DNA from: Octopus vulgaris
Lineage: Eukaryota
Assembly: GCA_951406725.2 (NCBI GenBank)
Contig: OX597814.1
Location: 172,236,001-172,300,000, forward strand
Direction of reading: 5' to 3'
Length of the DNA: 64,000 nucleotides
Within the stretch, counting starts at the first letter, position 1. The number at the start of each line of letters is the position of its first letter. The position numbers and the translations under genes were made by a program. Below the pieces are notes generated by a model. It had not been told where the DNA came from. It saw only the letters and a list, made by a program, of their open reading frames with translations, and ran no database searches. This document shows positions 11,538 to 25,124 of this stretch, piece after piece.

Positions 11538-13209
11538 TATATGTCTAGAAAACTCTTGCACGCTTTCTACGTGGCAACATTCAAAGAACTAACAAATCCC
11601 ACTTAGTCTACACAAGCACAAAATTACAAACTCAAACATCGCTACAGATTCATGAAATTTAGTTGTATCACGAACACTATTAACAGAAGACAAAGAGGCA
11701 AAGGTATGTGCAAAAGAATGGTAACTGTTACATCATGATCAAGGACATTTTGTTGGCAAACAACCTGGCTTAGTGTGGGACTTTATTATTTTGAATAACT
11801 TCAGGTTCCAGTTTATCCTTTTTTTGTTTCTGATGTTAATAAGATAGTATCATTGACTATAGTATCATTAGACTATACACCACCTCCCAAAATCTGAAAC
11901 CTTGTACGTATATGTGGCATCATTACTTATATTAGATGAAGGCGACGAACTAGCAGAATCTTTAATACCCTGAACAAAATGCTCAGCGGCATTTCGTCCG
12001 TCTTTACGTTCTAAGTTCAATTTCCACTGAGGTCGACTTCACCTTTCATCCTTAAGGGACTGATGAAATAAGTACCAGTCAAATATACTAGGGTCGTTGT
12101 AATCGACTGGCCCTTCTTCTTGAACATTTGACGTTGAAAAAAAAGTAAAGTTTTCTTCTCGAATTCATGCCGGCTCATAAGGGCCGGTTTTCCGGTTTCA
12201 AGGCGTATATATTCCCCACCTGGACGCGACGCCAGTCCCCCACAGGATCACTCGTTTTTGCCACTTGTGTGCACTGGAGCAACGTGATATGAAGTGTTTT
12301 GCTCAAGAACACAACGCGTTGTCCGGTCCCGAAACCGAAACCACAATGTAACGATCATAAGTCCAACACCGAAACCACTAAGCCACGTGCCTCCACTTGC
12401 TGGTCTTCTGCCAAAATTTGAAACCATCGATGGCAATCTAGCAGAATCGTTAGAGTTTCGGATAAAAATTCCTTGCGGCATTTCTACATTCTGAGTTCAA
12501 ATCCCGTCGAGGCTAACTTTACCTTTTATCCCTCCGAGATCGATAAAGTAGAGTATCAACTCAAGCTCTGGGATAGATGGTATCGACTAACACACGAACT
12601 AAAAACTGCTGTTTTTGTGCTCTAAATAAGAAGTTATTTTTATGCTAGATCACATATTGCTTAGTCTTTATTCTCACATGATATATTTACGATTAACTGG
12701 AGTTAATTTACGAATCTTACAGAAGAGTAAGTCATTCGCGTATTACGTTTGAAAAGATTCTAACAAAACTGGACAACAGCAATAGTTTAGTCTCTGCTCG
12801 CATATATTCACAACTGTCACATACATTTATGAAAAAGAAAATTATCTTCACAGTAAGTCTGAGTAAATCTGCATACAGAATATGGATTATGTCACATGCA
12901 GTGTGGAGATAAGGAATTAATTTTACATTGAAAATCTTAACACTTAAATTATTCACTTAGAGCTTGTATACATTATCAGATAAGATTTAGTTAGTGTGCT
13001 GATGCTTAGTCGAAAATAATATAATTTGATTAAAGATTATCTAACGCATTACAAGCATCAAGTTGAAATATGAAAATCAACAGAACTACTGATAAGTCAC
13101 TAACCATGTATCGATTGCTTTTTAAAGAAAAGGTTACGATGGCTGACGAATTACAAAATGAAGATAAAAAGTAGACTTAAAATAGCTAATGATAATAATA
13201 ATAATAATG

Positions 13210-13272
<63 letters not shown>

Positions 13273-13282
13273 TAATAATAAT

Positions 13283-14617
13283 AAACAGAGCTCAATGCTA
13301 AAAACAAGATAATAGGTATTAACACTTCAGCTGTCCCAGTTATAAGTTACAGCTACAATATCCTTAACTGGACACTAAATGAACTGACCAAAATAGATAG
13401 GAAAACAAGAAAAATAATGACAGGATCTAGGATGCATCACCCAAAATCTGACATAGAAAGACTATATATACAACGTATAGAAGGTGGTAGAGGCCTTATA
13501 CAGCTGGAAAACTACTATAAAATAACCACCATAGGACTGCAAAAATATCTACTTCAGAAGGAAGGAAAACTGATACAAATAACGGCAAAACACGAGCAAA
13601 ACAAAAAACTGTTCTCAGTATTTAAGGAAGCTGACAAATACAAACAAGAAATCATACCACCTAATAAATATGATGAAGAAGAAGAAGAAGAAGAAGAAGA
13701 AGAAGAAGAAGAAGAAGAAGAAGAAGAAGAAGAAGAAGAAGAAGAAGAAGAAGAAGAAGAAGAAGAAGAAGAAGAAGAAGAAGCAGAACAACAACAACAA
13801 CAACAAAGAAATAGACAAAGAAAAATCCCAGCAATGGTTGAGAAGCTCAGGACTCAAAAGCAGAAACAGAGGGATTTTTAATTGCAACTCAAGACCAAAG
13901 CCTCCCCACCAGAAATTACCAAAAACATGTAATGAAAAGAAATATAACAAGTAACTGCAGAATATGTGGAGATGGACAAGAAACAATAAATCATATCTCT
14001 AGCTGCCCAATCCTGGCTAAGAAGGAATATATTTACAGACATGACAGAGTTGGAACCTACATACATTGGAAGCTATGCCAACATTATGGAATAACAACAG
14101 AAAAAAGATGGTATAGGCACACACTAGAAAAGGTCACAGAAAACGAGAAAGCAACCATACTCTGGGATATGCCGATACACACAGATAGAGAAATTAAGGC
14201 CAACAGACCAGATACAGTTGTCAGAGATCATGAAGAAAAAAAATGCATTCTAATTGATGTATCAATACCGGCAGATGACAACGTGTCTCTAAAAGAAATG
14301 GAGAAACTTTCAAAATACAAAGACCTGGAAATAGAGGTAACCAGAATGTGGAATCTAAAAACAGAAACAATTCCATATCATAGTAGGTGCATTAGGCATG
14401 ATAAAAACATATTCAGACAAATACATAACAAAAACACCAGGACTTACAAACACATATAACATACAGAAAATTGCACTACTAGGCACTGCACACATCCTAC
14501 GCAGAACAATTTCCATACAATAACCATCAGAGCATCACAACAAATCACAGCACATACCCAAGGCACACAGAGCTGCGCTCGGTAGTGAAGTGAAAGCACG
14601 CTATAAAAATAAAACTA

Positions 14618-14621
<4 letters not shown>
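13283..14621 (+). mobile_element. R4/Dong-like non-LTR retrotransposon 3' fragment (restriction-like endonuclease), in (TAA)n
   Basis: RLYIQRIEGGRGL, zinc knuckle CRICGDGQETINHISSC, RHD, RPD, IDVSIP and KLSKYKDL motifs. It is frameshifted, has an internal (GAA)n expansion, and is flanked by (TAA)n on both sides. Confidence 0.88.
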
Positions 14622-14702
<81 letters not shown>

Positions 14703-14903
14703 TAAGGCCCAAATGGAAAGGGACTTTACTGATATATTACTGGGCTTAGAAGATTCTTCGAAGAGAAATTGTTAATGTCTAGTTGCTGGAAGTATCTTTT
14801 CATATAATAGCAGAAGAACATTTAATACGTTTAGAGCATATATTTGTAAGAATGTAGTTGATGACACCCAGGAATCTATGTGAGAATGCATACATAAATT
14901 ATA

Positions 14904-15414
14904 TGAAGCTATACATTAGCGTTGTATTTATTACGTTCGCTATTTTCCAGTAAATATCGATACTTCGTTGTATTATTTATGTACTTTTATGTATAATTTA
15001 CCTTCACGGGCTATTCTTTACTGGAAAGCAATACTCTAGTATTGCATTACTATTTTCATTGAAACTTCTTCAGTTCTCGCTCTGTTAACGCTTTGGCGTT
15101 CAGACGAGTGTACTGGCATAGATGGCAACATTTGAAATGTTGTTGAGGTATATGTGGCTGATGAAGATAAATCAATTATACGATTGGCATTCGTATTTTG
15201 AAAAATCCGAAACCGGTACTGCATTATCCTTATCTAGGTTTTTCATTTTTCAGATGTTCTTCCTAGAGGTAAGACAATTTTTCATGTTTGTTGCACATAC
15301 GCATCTTTACTAGTACATACGCAGTGAAGCTATACATTAGCGTCGTATTTATTACGTTCGCTATTTTCCAGTAAATATCGATACTTCGTTGTATCATTTA
15401 TTTACTTTTATATA
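14904..15414 (+). mobile_element. Retrozyme-like element, 421-nt unit, ~1.2 copies
   Basis: 14904-14994 recurs at 15325-15414. One HHR lies inside and a TA-rich run follows. Confidence 0.7.
15152..15224 (+). ncRNA. Type I hammerhead ribozyme
   Basis: atgtgg CTGATGA agat...atcc GAAA ccgg TA ctgcat. Stem I has two G.U pairs, the first stem II pair is A.C, and stem III is the palindrome ACCGGU. Confidence 0.7.
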
Positions 15415-15540
15415 AATTATATTATATATATATAACGTATAATATACATATATGCATATATATATGAATTATATATATAAACATATGTATACACCAATAT
15501 TTACATATACACATACATGCACACGCACGCACGCGCACGC

Positions 15541-15589
<49 letters not shown>

Positions 15590-15839
15590 CGCACACACAC
15601 AGCCACACATGTTTTCGTACCAATGAAACTCAGATTTCGAACCCTCAGTAGTTGATTTGGTATGATGGTTAAAACTGCTGTCATGCTCACAGAAGATGTT
15701 GGTTTCGAGTAGTCGAATATTCTGTTATTATTTATAGCTTTATCTGTACCGTCGTGTTCCATCGTCAAAAAAAAAGATTTTCTTTATATAGGCGCAGTAG
15801 TGGCTGTGTGGCAAGTAGCTTGCTTACGCATGCGCGTTT

Positions 15840-17545
15840 GTTAGTTGCTTATTGGAATGAACACTGTCAAGACTTGCGTTGGTGGCCGTCTTGAATCAAA
15901 GAACTGTTGAAGAGGCACGACTGCAAGGTAGGCGCTTGTTTTTTTAAGGGACTTAGTAGGGAATTTGCTGTATGACATTGTTTTTCCTTTTTTCATATAA
16001 GAAATCCCCACTGGGTCTCGAACATTTGTCTGCTGCAGTCGCGCTGAGTAACTCACTTAGCGGTGAGAATTGTTTTGTTTTGGTGGGCGTGTCTCGCTAC
16101 CAAAATTTGAAAAGTTTATAAAAATTCGACCCATTCGTAGAGGAATTTTTTTCCTGCTACGGTGAACTGGACTGCCTGTATGAAGCAATATTCTGGAGGA
16201 TTACCTGTGGAATATTTGTGGATTACCTGTGGACCCGGATTACCTAAGTGGGGAAATTGTGTTGCTGGGCTGGAACTGTCTTCCTTCGTTCTTTTCTCTG
16301 CTCTGTCTTTCTGCTGTTTCCTTGTGTTTCTTTGGGCTTTCATTTGAATATTCTGAACTTATTTTGAAAATTTTCCTCTGTTTTTTTTTTTTTTGCAAAG
16401 CATGGCAAAAAATAAAAACACTGTCTTGGAGTGGGAAGTTGTGTCCCCCAAGCAGTGGGTAAAGGACCATAATGGGAGAACGGTGGTGTTGAGGACATAT
16501 TCTAAGTCCCTCGACACCATCACTGTGTTCTCTCAAGTAAATATTGAGAAGAAGTTGGCAGAATACCTGCCAACCACCAAGTTTATTGCAAGGGGTGTCA
16601 AATATGCAACATTGTGGTTGCTATTTGATACCCCTGAGGAGGCTCGCATTTTTGCGAGCCAGCCCCTGGAAGGGGAGAAAATCCTGTTTCTACCTACATA
16701 TCGTGGGAAGAAATTGACAAAAGCTTGGGTGTGTGGGCTGCCACTCAAAATAGAACTCGAGTGGATAGAGGACACTATCCGCCGGGGTCTGGGTGGCAGT
16801 GAAGCCAAGCTCTTGAATATTAAAATGATGCCTGCGGCTGATTGGGTGGGATCAAACGAAGTTTTGACCCTGTGGACTCAATCAGCCGATGATCTGGTGT
16901 TCCCAGATTTTTTGAGGATGGCCGGGTCCAAGTATCCTGTGATTCTTAAGGGACGCCTCTTCCAAGTGTCATCAGTGCCTGGAGCCTGGCCACATTAAGA
17001 AGAACTGTCCCAAGGACCAGAGCAGGGTCCTAGAGCAGTTAGTTGTGGAAGAACCCCCTTCCCCTCCTCCTCCGAAAAGAGAGATGGAGGAGGAGAGAGT
17101 GACCTCTCCCGAAAAAAAGGAGAGAAAAAGAAAGAAAGGGAGCAACAATGGTTGTTCTCTGAGGGATCCCGGGATTGCGGGAGGAAGCGAGGTTCCTGCG
17201 GTTATGGCAATGGAGCCATCCTCTCCCTCACCAAAGATAAAAAAGAAAAGAGAAAAAGAACCGGACAGTGCCGGGGGTATGCAGTGTACTGCTGGAATGT
17301 CCCTAGCCCTCTTCGGTGGGAATCGTGTCACCGACAGAGGAAGCTGTAACTTCGTTGGTTGTGCCACCGGCAGAGGAAGAGACACCGTTGGCGGGAATTG
17401 TGCTGCCAACGGTAGAATTGAATACCTCGACCCCGGAGGAAAACAAATTATTGCTCTTCTTCTACAGAGGTGGAGAGGTAGAAAAGGTGGTGGAAAATCA
17501 CTATAAGGGAATACCTTTAACTTTCACACGGGAACCCGAATGGCC
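15840..17545 (+). mobile_element. LINE 5' region (UTR plus ORF1 with CCHC knuckle; L1/Tx1-like), 3'-truncated
   Basis: ATG at 16402 opens a ~200-codon frame. A frameshifted continuation gives CHQCLEPGHIKKNC (CX2CX4HX4C, 16967-17008) followed by a low-complexity K/E/P tail. It interrupts a SINE A head at ~15791-15827. Confidence 0.65.
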
Positions 17546-17591
17546 TCTGCAGATTGCTTGACAACCGATGCTGGTGTGCAATACTTTAGGT

Positions 17592-18245
17592 GCAGGCGTG
17601 GCTGTATGGTAAGTAGCTTGCTTCCCAGCCACATGGCTCCATGTATAATCCCACTGCGTGGCACCTTGGGCAAATGTCTTCATCTATAACCTCAGGCCGA
17701 CCAAAGCCATGTGAGTGGATTTGGTAGGCAGAAACCGAGGGAACACCGTCATATATAATATATATGTATGTATCTGTGTGTGTTTATTCCCTTACCATCG
17801 CTTGACAACCTATATTGGTGAGTTTTGGCGGAGGGGGCCAGTCGATTAGATCCACCCCAGTACGCAGCTGGTACTTAATTTACCGACCCCGAAAGGATGA
17901 AAGGTAACGTCGACCTCGGCGGAATTTGAACTCAGAACGTAGCGGCAGACGAAATACATATTTCTTTACTACCCACAAGGGGCTAAACACAGAGGGGACA
18001 AACAAAGACAGACAAACGGATTAAGTCGATTATTACCATCGCTTGACAACCTATATTAGTGAGTTTTGGGGGAGGGGGCCAGTCGATTAGATCCACCCCA
18101 GTGCGTAACTGGTACTTAATTTATCGACCCCGAAAGGATGAAAGGCAAAGTCGACTTCGGCGGAATTTGAACTCAGAACGTAACGGCAGACGAAATACGG
18201 CTACGTATTTCGCCCGGCGTGCAAACGTTTATGCCAACTCGCCGC
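17592..18245. mobile_element. Nested SINE A (+) and SINE B (-) cluster
   Basis: Family A head at 17592-17750 and family B units at 17822-18245. Confidence 0.75.
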
Positions 18246-19794
18246 TTTACTGCTGTTGTAGAGGATATTCTTTTCTACTCTAGGCAGAAGATCCAAAATT
18301 TGGGGGAAGAGGACCAATCGTTTCTGCCAGTTCGCCGCCTTGCTGTTAGTGTTGATGATATTGTAACATCAACGTTACAATGATAACGAAATAAATATTG
18401 TGTCCTTAAAAAGATACTTTATGTTATTAGAGATATTCCGAAAGCACTTAAGAGATTTATCAATACTTCGGAATCAATGTACTTAACAGTTTTACATTTT
18501 TAAAAAAGCAGAAAGAAAATCCATAAATATAGTTTTCGGAATGAAAACTACAGACGCAATATAATTGTGCTAAACTGAAATATATAAATAAATAAAGTTT
18601 GCAAAATTGCTATAACAAACTAAATTAATTGGCATAAATATCGTTGCCGCCTAAATAATTGTTTGTAAAAAAGAAGAAAAGGGCTTGAAATTTCGATGAG
18701 AGACTAGTCGTTTAAATCGATTTCAGTGCATAACTAGAACAATTTCATGAACTTGAGCAAGACGAAAGGCAAAAATGTATCGCGGCAAGATTGAACACAC
18801 ATTGTAAAGGACCAGAAAAATTAGAAAGGATTTTTTTACGATGCTCTAATTTTTGTATGATGCTATATTAACACCTAAAAGCTTTGTCGTCAACAAAATT
18901 ATTGACTTAGTAAAACAATATAGGAGGCTAGAAAGAAAACAAATGAAAGTAACTTACAAACAATTCAGCATATAAAAGGTGATCAGAAACATAGTATTTG
19001 TATTTTATACTACGGAAAAAGGTATCATTGCATATCGTTCTCAAATATAAAATGATGTGCTATCTAATAATAACAAATAGCTACAATCATTGAAAACCAA
19101 GTGTCATTGACATGGAGACAGCCTAGCGCATTTGAAACTCATACTAAGAAAAAATACTGCATGCACTCTATCGATAGAGTTCATATATGCATACACTCTA
19201 TCGATTGTGCATGCATATATGTATATTGATGCATGCATACATGTATGCATGTATGTATATATATACAAATTATATGCGTTAATATTATTTTTTGCAATTT
19301 ACTTAATCATTGACATTTTATTGTTATTTTAAATGTTAATATTTCTATTATATGTAATTTTCTAGATGGTGTAATTTAATGGTTCATTTTGAATTAATAA
19401 AAGGTGTTTTTTTTTTCTAATTTTTTATATAAATTATATTGTGTGAAATTTGATTTAGTATATCTAAATTGAATTTTTTTCCTTGTAAGTTTTGGATTTT
19501 ATTCCCTCAAATAATAATAATTTTATATATGTATGTATATATGCAAGGGTGCTTGTATGTATGTTATGTTTGTATGCGTGTGTCTAGGTATGTATGTATG
19601 TATGTGTGCATACATGCATGCATGTATGTATGTATATATGTATGTGTGCATACATGCATGCATGTATGTATGTATGTATGTACGTATGCATACATGCAAG
19701 CATGTATGTATGTATGTATGTATGTATGTATGTATGTGTGCATACATGCATGTATGTATGTATGTGTGCATAGATGCATGCATGTATGTATGTA

Positions 19795-19828
<34 letters not shown>

Positions 19829-20253
19829 CTATTATGGATAGCTGAGCCCCAGAAACCGCTGTTGGACTTATAACACCTTTCTACCATTATTTTAATTTTC
19901 TCTGTTGTTTATACTCTGTGTAAGTTGGACCTATTGATATAAATGTCTATATACTTATACTTTAAGATTCATCATGTATATGAGTTGTTTATCGCCATAA
20001 TTGTTTCTATGTATCTGTGTGTATGTATGTATGCATGTATGTATGTATGTACGTATGTTTGTATGTATGTATGTATGTATGTATGTATGTATGTATGTAT
20101 GTATGTATGTATGTATGCATGCACGTACGTTTGTATGTATGTATGTATGTATGTATTTTTGTATGTATGCATGTATATGTCTCTTCTGTATTTTAATTAT
20201 TATAAATCTTCCACTGAGGAGGGAACCGGTTTCCAACAAAGATTCAAGGCTCC

Positions 20254-20284
<31 letters not shown>

Positions 20285-20388
20285 TGTATGTATGTATGTA
20301 TGTATGTATGTATGTATGTATGTATGTATGTATGTATGTATGTATGTATGTATGTATGCTCTCTTCTGTTTATATGCTCTCTTCTATT

Positions 20389-20422
<34 letters not shown>

Positions 20423-20529
20423 TGTATGTATGTATGTATGTGTCTATGTATGTATGTATGCTCTTTTCTGTTTATATTCATCTAAATCCTTCCCCTGTGA
20501 AAGAGCTGGTTTCTAACACAGATACAAAG

Positions 20530-20800
20530 CTACGTCATTGGAATGTAGATAACAAAAACACTGTGCCATTTTAAACTTGAGCAAAGTCTTGCATACTTTT
20601 ATTGTTCAACTTACAGGTTATATTTGTAATGATGAGTTGGTTGCTTTCTTTTTCTGAAAGCTTGTGCTTACCCAGATTGTCATTGAGGCCTTTACTCACA
20701 AAACTAAGTGCACCAGTTATCATTGGTATAAATGTAAGTTTATAATATGCATATAGAAGCTTGAGGTTGAACATGTTGTTCATTTCTCTGAGAATCTGTT
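20530..20800 (-). mobile_element. Degenerate RLE-LINE 3' end
   Basis: Minus-frame FIPMITGALSFVSKGLNDNL resembles the RLE C-terminal P.V.GALG motif. Confidence 0.4.
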
Positions 20801-21021
20801 GCTTTACCTACCTTCAGTTTTATAAGGTTCTCGCTCACCTGGCACGTTTCTGTTTATACATTTATACATGTTCATATATATATACACACGGACACATACG
20901 CATGTGTGTGTGTGTGTGTTTGTGTGTGTGTGTGAGTATACACATATTTATAAACAAACTTAGATACTTATACACACCTATACACGTATATTGATAGTTA
21001 TGTAGATTGATAGATATATTT

Positions 21022-21086
<65 letters not shown>

Positions 21087-21109
21087 TATATATTATATGT
21101 ATATATATA

Positions 21110-21134
<25 letters not shown>

Positions 21135-21148
<14 letters not shown>

Positions 21149-21293
21149 ATATAAATTCATGTATACATATATATATATATATATATATAAGATAAATAGA
21201 GAAATATAGCTATCAATCAATATGACTACATACATGTGTATAGATATGTATGTGTATACGTAAATATATATGTGTATACGTAAATATATAGAT

Positions 21294-21381
<88 letters not shown>

Positions 21382-21516
21382 CTATATATTTACGTATACA
21401 CATATATATTTACGTATACACATACATATCTATACACATGTATGTAGTCATATTGATTGATAGCTATATTTCTCTATTTATCTTATATATATATATATGT
21501 ATACATGTATTTATAT

Positions 21517-21525
<9 letters not shown>
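21135..21525. repeat. Near-perfect fold-back inverted repeat centred on (TA)n
   Basis: 21187-21300 is the exact reverse complement of 21373-21486, and the arms extend outward with one mismatch. Confidence 0.85.
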
Positions 21526-21597
<72 letters not shown>

Positions 21598-22142
21598 CAT
21601 ATATATATATATATATGATTGTCTATTAAATGTATATACTTTTTGTATTTATTTGGCTCTATATATATTTATGTGTGTATGTGTACATATTGAAATAATG
21701 GCTCTTGCAGACTTATACATACATATATGTAGCGTCCTCTTTCACCTAAAATTCTAAGTGAAGAAAACAAGACTAGTCTTGTAGGAGTCATTATTTTTTT
21801 ATTGATACGTGTATCCACTCTACTCTGTGCTTTGAATTTATGGAAAAACACACACAGAGACCTATAATCTTACATAAATACAGACTTATAATCGTACACA
21901 TCGCACACACACACACACATATATACGCACGCATATGCACAGATGATTTTTCTTTTAGAAGCAACTTGTGTAAATTGTTTCAAAAAGAAAAGTTGTTTTC
22001 CAACAATTACATCTCGTTTCTAGTAAAGAGGCTGTTGCATTTTTTATTGATTCATTTTTTGTTTATATTTCTATTCGCATTATTTCTTTGTAATTGAAGC
22101 AAAAGGAAAAACAAGAGACGCATAGCAATATCATTATTATTA

Positions 22143-22185
<43 letters not shown>

Positions 22186-22198
22186 CATCATCATCATC

Positions 22199-22263
<65 letters not shown>

Positions 22264-22973
22264 TAATAATAATAATAATATATAAACATGTTTCTTACGA
22301 CAACGCTGGCACTAAATGTTGTAGTTTTTCAAATGTATTTTAAAAAACGGGAAATGCAGATTAAAATTTAAGACTGTCAACATAAAATATTTCCAACATT
22401 TATCAACAACTTAAAAAGCAAGTTTTATAATTGGTATTTTTTTTACTTGTATAACCTTACAAAATACCATTGTTTATAAAATAGTATGAAAAAGAAAGCA
22501 AAAAGAAAAAAAAAACAACTGACAAAAATTGAATAAGGAAAATAAAACAAACAAAAAGAAAATAAAGGGAAGAAATATACCATAGATGTTTGCAGGAAAG
22601 AAATTTGCTTTTTGCAAGACATTAGAATGAAAAATATATGAGAATTTTGAAAACAAATGTTCATACCACGTGAAAAAAATTTTTTCAAACAGAAAACAGT
22701 AACAAAAATAAATGAAAAAAAAAAACTTTACTAGTAGCAATAAAAGAATTCAGAAGATATATTGGGAGCAAGAATACAGGTATGTGAAAATTATTTCAAG
22801 AGAAGATACGATATAAAATAAATGGAGAGCCATTAACGAAATAAAAAAAAAAAACATATATACCAAAATATATAAATGACAAAATGAATGTAAAATGCTA
22901 ATATTGATAGTAACATTATTAAGAAAGAAACAAAGAAGTTTATAAGAAAATTCAAACTAACATAATAATGATG

Positions 22974-23037
<64 letters not shown>

Positions 23038-23586
23038 TAATAATAATGATAATAATATTTCTTTCAAATACAGACACAAAGTCAGTAATTTTAAGTGGGT
23101 TAAATCGTTACTATCAACCGTTACTGTACTTGATTGGCAAGTTATTTTATCGATATCATGAGGATGAAGGCAAATTTGACCTCGGCCGGGTTTGAACTCA
23201 GAATGTAAAAGAACCGGAATTAGCATCGCATAACATTTTGTCCCATGCTTCTATAATTTTGTAAATCCAAAGCCAGTTACAGTAATGAGAGAGCAACCAT
23301 ACACTGGGATATGCCGATACACAGAAACAAAGAAATTAAGGCCAATACGCTGGATATAGTCGTCAGAGGTCACCAAGAAAAAAATGCTTTCTAACTGATG
23401 TATCAATACCAACAGATGACAATTTTTCTCTAAAAGATAGGGAGAAATTTTTCAAAATACAAAGATCTGGAAATAGCGATTACTCGAATATGGAGTATAA
23501 AATTCCTATCATAGTGGACGCATTAGGTATGATGAAAAAATATCCAACAAATACATAACAAAAACACCAGAACTAACAAGTATAAA

Positions 23587-24852
23587 CAAGGGTTGGACAA
23601 AATAATGGAAACACCTAGTATCAAAGCATCATAATTTTGAAGTATCTATAAAACAGTCAAAAGCTTATTTATTTTTATCTTTTTTATTTATTATTACTGT
23701 TGCTTAATATGTTTTTCTAAAATTGCTGTTTATTTTCAGATATCATCAGAAAATATAGAATTAACATTCATTAAAGGGACAGATCTATCGGAGTTTCAAA
23801 GAGGTCAAATTGTTGGTACTCGTATGGCAGGCGCTAGCGTAACGAAAACAGCCGAAATATTTGGTGTATCAAGAAGTACTGTCTCGAAAATAATGACAGC
23901 CTTTGAGAAAGAGGGAAAACCTCGTCGAAACAAAAACTCCAGAAAACAACAACTTTCAGATAGGAACCGTCGGACTCTTACGCGAATTGTTAGAAAGGAT
24001 CACAAAACTGCAACTCACAAAATTACTGCAGAACTTAATGACCACCTCGAGAACCCAGTTTCCACAAAAACTGTTCGCCGGGAGCAGCACAAAGCTGGAT
24101 TTCACGGGAGGGCTACAATCAGAAAACCACTACTTTCAAAAACAAACGTTGCAAATGCGTTTAGAATGGAGTAAAAACCTGCAGAATTGGTCCCTAGAGC
24201 AGTGGAAGAATGTTATTTTCTCGGACGAGTCCTCCTTTACCTTATTTCCGACCACCGGCCGAGTATACGCGTGGAGACAGCCAAAAGAAGCTTTTGACCA
24301 AGACTGCATTCTTCCAACTGTTAAACAGGGTGGAGGATTTGTAATGATCTGGGGAGCTATATCTTGGAAATCCGCTTGCCCAATGATTTCCCTTCATGGC
24401 AGAATCAATAGTCAAGACTATCTAAGCATTTTATCTGATTAATTTCATCCTATGTTGCGAACTGTTTCCGGAAGGAAACGCAATCTTTCAGGATGATAAT
24501 GCAGATGATAATGCACCAATTCACGCAGCTAAAGTTGTTACTGAATGGCACAAGGAACATTCTAGTGAAGTTGAACATCTTATCTGGCCACCATAGACCC
24601 CAGATCTAAATAATATTAAACATTTATGGAGGATTTTAGAAAAACAAATAAGGAGTAAATATTGTCCACCATCATCACTACAAGAACTGGAGACTGTTTT
24701 AGCTGAAGAATGGAAAAATTCCTTTGGAAACAATTCCAACTTTGTACGAGTCTATACCTCGTAGAATTCAAGCTACAAAGACGGTCCTACTCCATATTAA
24801 AATTAATTTGTTTGAAATTTTAAGGTGTTTCCATTATTTTGTCTAACCTCTG
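23587..24852 (+). mobile_element. Tc1-family DNA transposon, near full length
   Basis: TIRs CAAGGGTTGGACAAAATAATGGAAACACCT / AGGTGTTTCCATTATTTTGTCTAACCTCTG, with TA at the right junction. Confidence 0.92.
23775..24800 (+). pseudogene. Tc1 transposase (frameshifts and stops)
   Basis: HTH GASVTKTAEIFGVSRSTVSKI, RKPLL, WKNVIFSDES, VMIWGAI, FQDDNA..PIH and WPP*TPDLNNI. Confidence 0.9.
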
Positions 24853-25012
24853 TATAACACAGAGAATAGCACCACTAGGCACCGCAAACTTCCTACGTGA
24901 AACACTTTCAATAGAGTAAAAATAAGAGCATCACAACAACCGCAGCACAAGCCCAAGGCACACAGAGCTGGGCTCATTAGTGCAGTGAAAGCACGTGATA
25001 AAAGTAAGACTT

Positions 25013-25102
<90 letters not shown>

Positions 25103-25124
25103 TATGATGATGGTGATAATAATA

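Larger units (their letters stand above)
23285..25016 (+). mobile_element. R4/Dong-like LINE 3' fragment, split by a Tc1 insertion
   Basis: 23285-23586 and 24853-25016 align consecutively with 14145-14621. It ends in (TAA)n. Confidence 0.8.
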
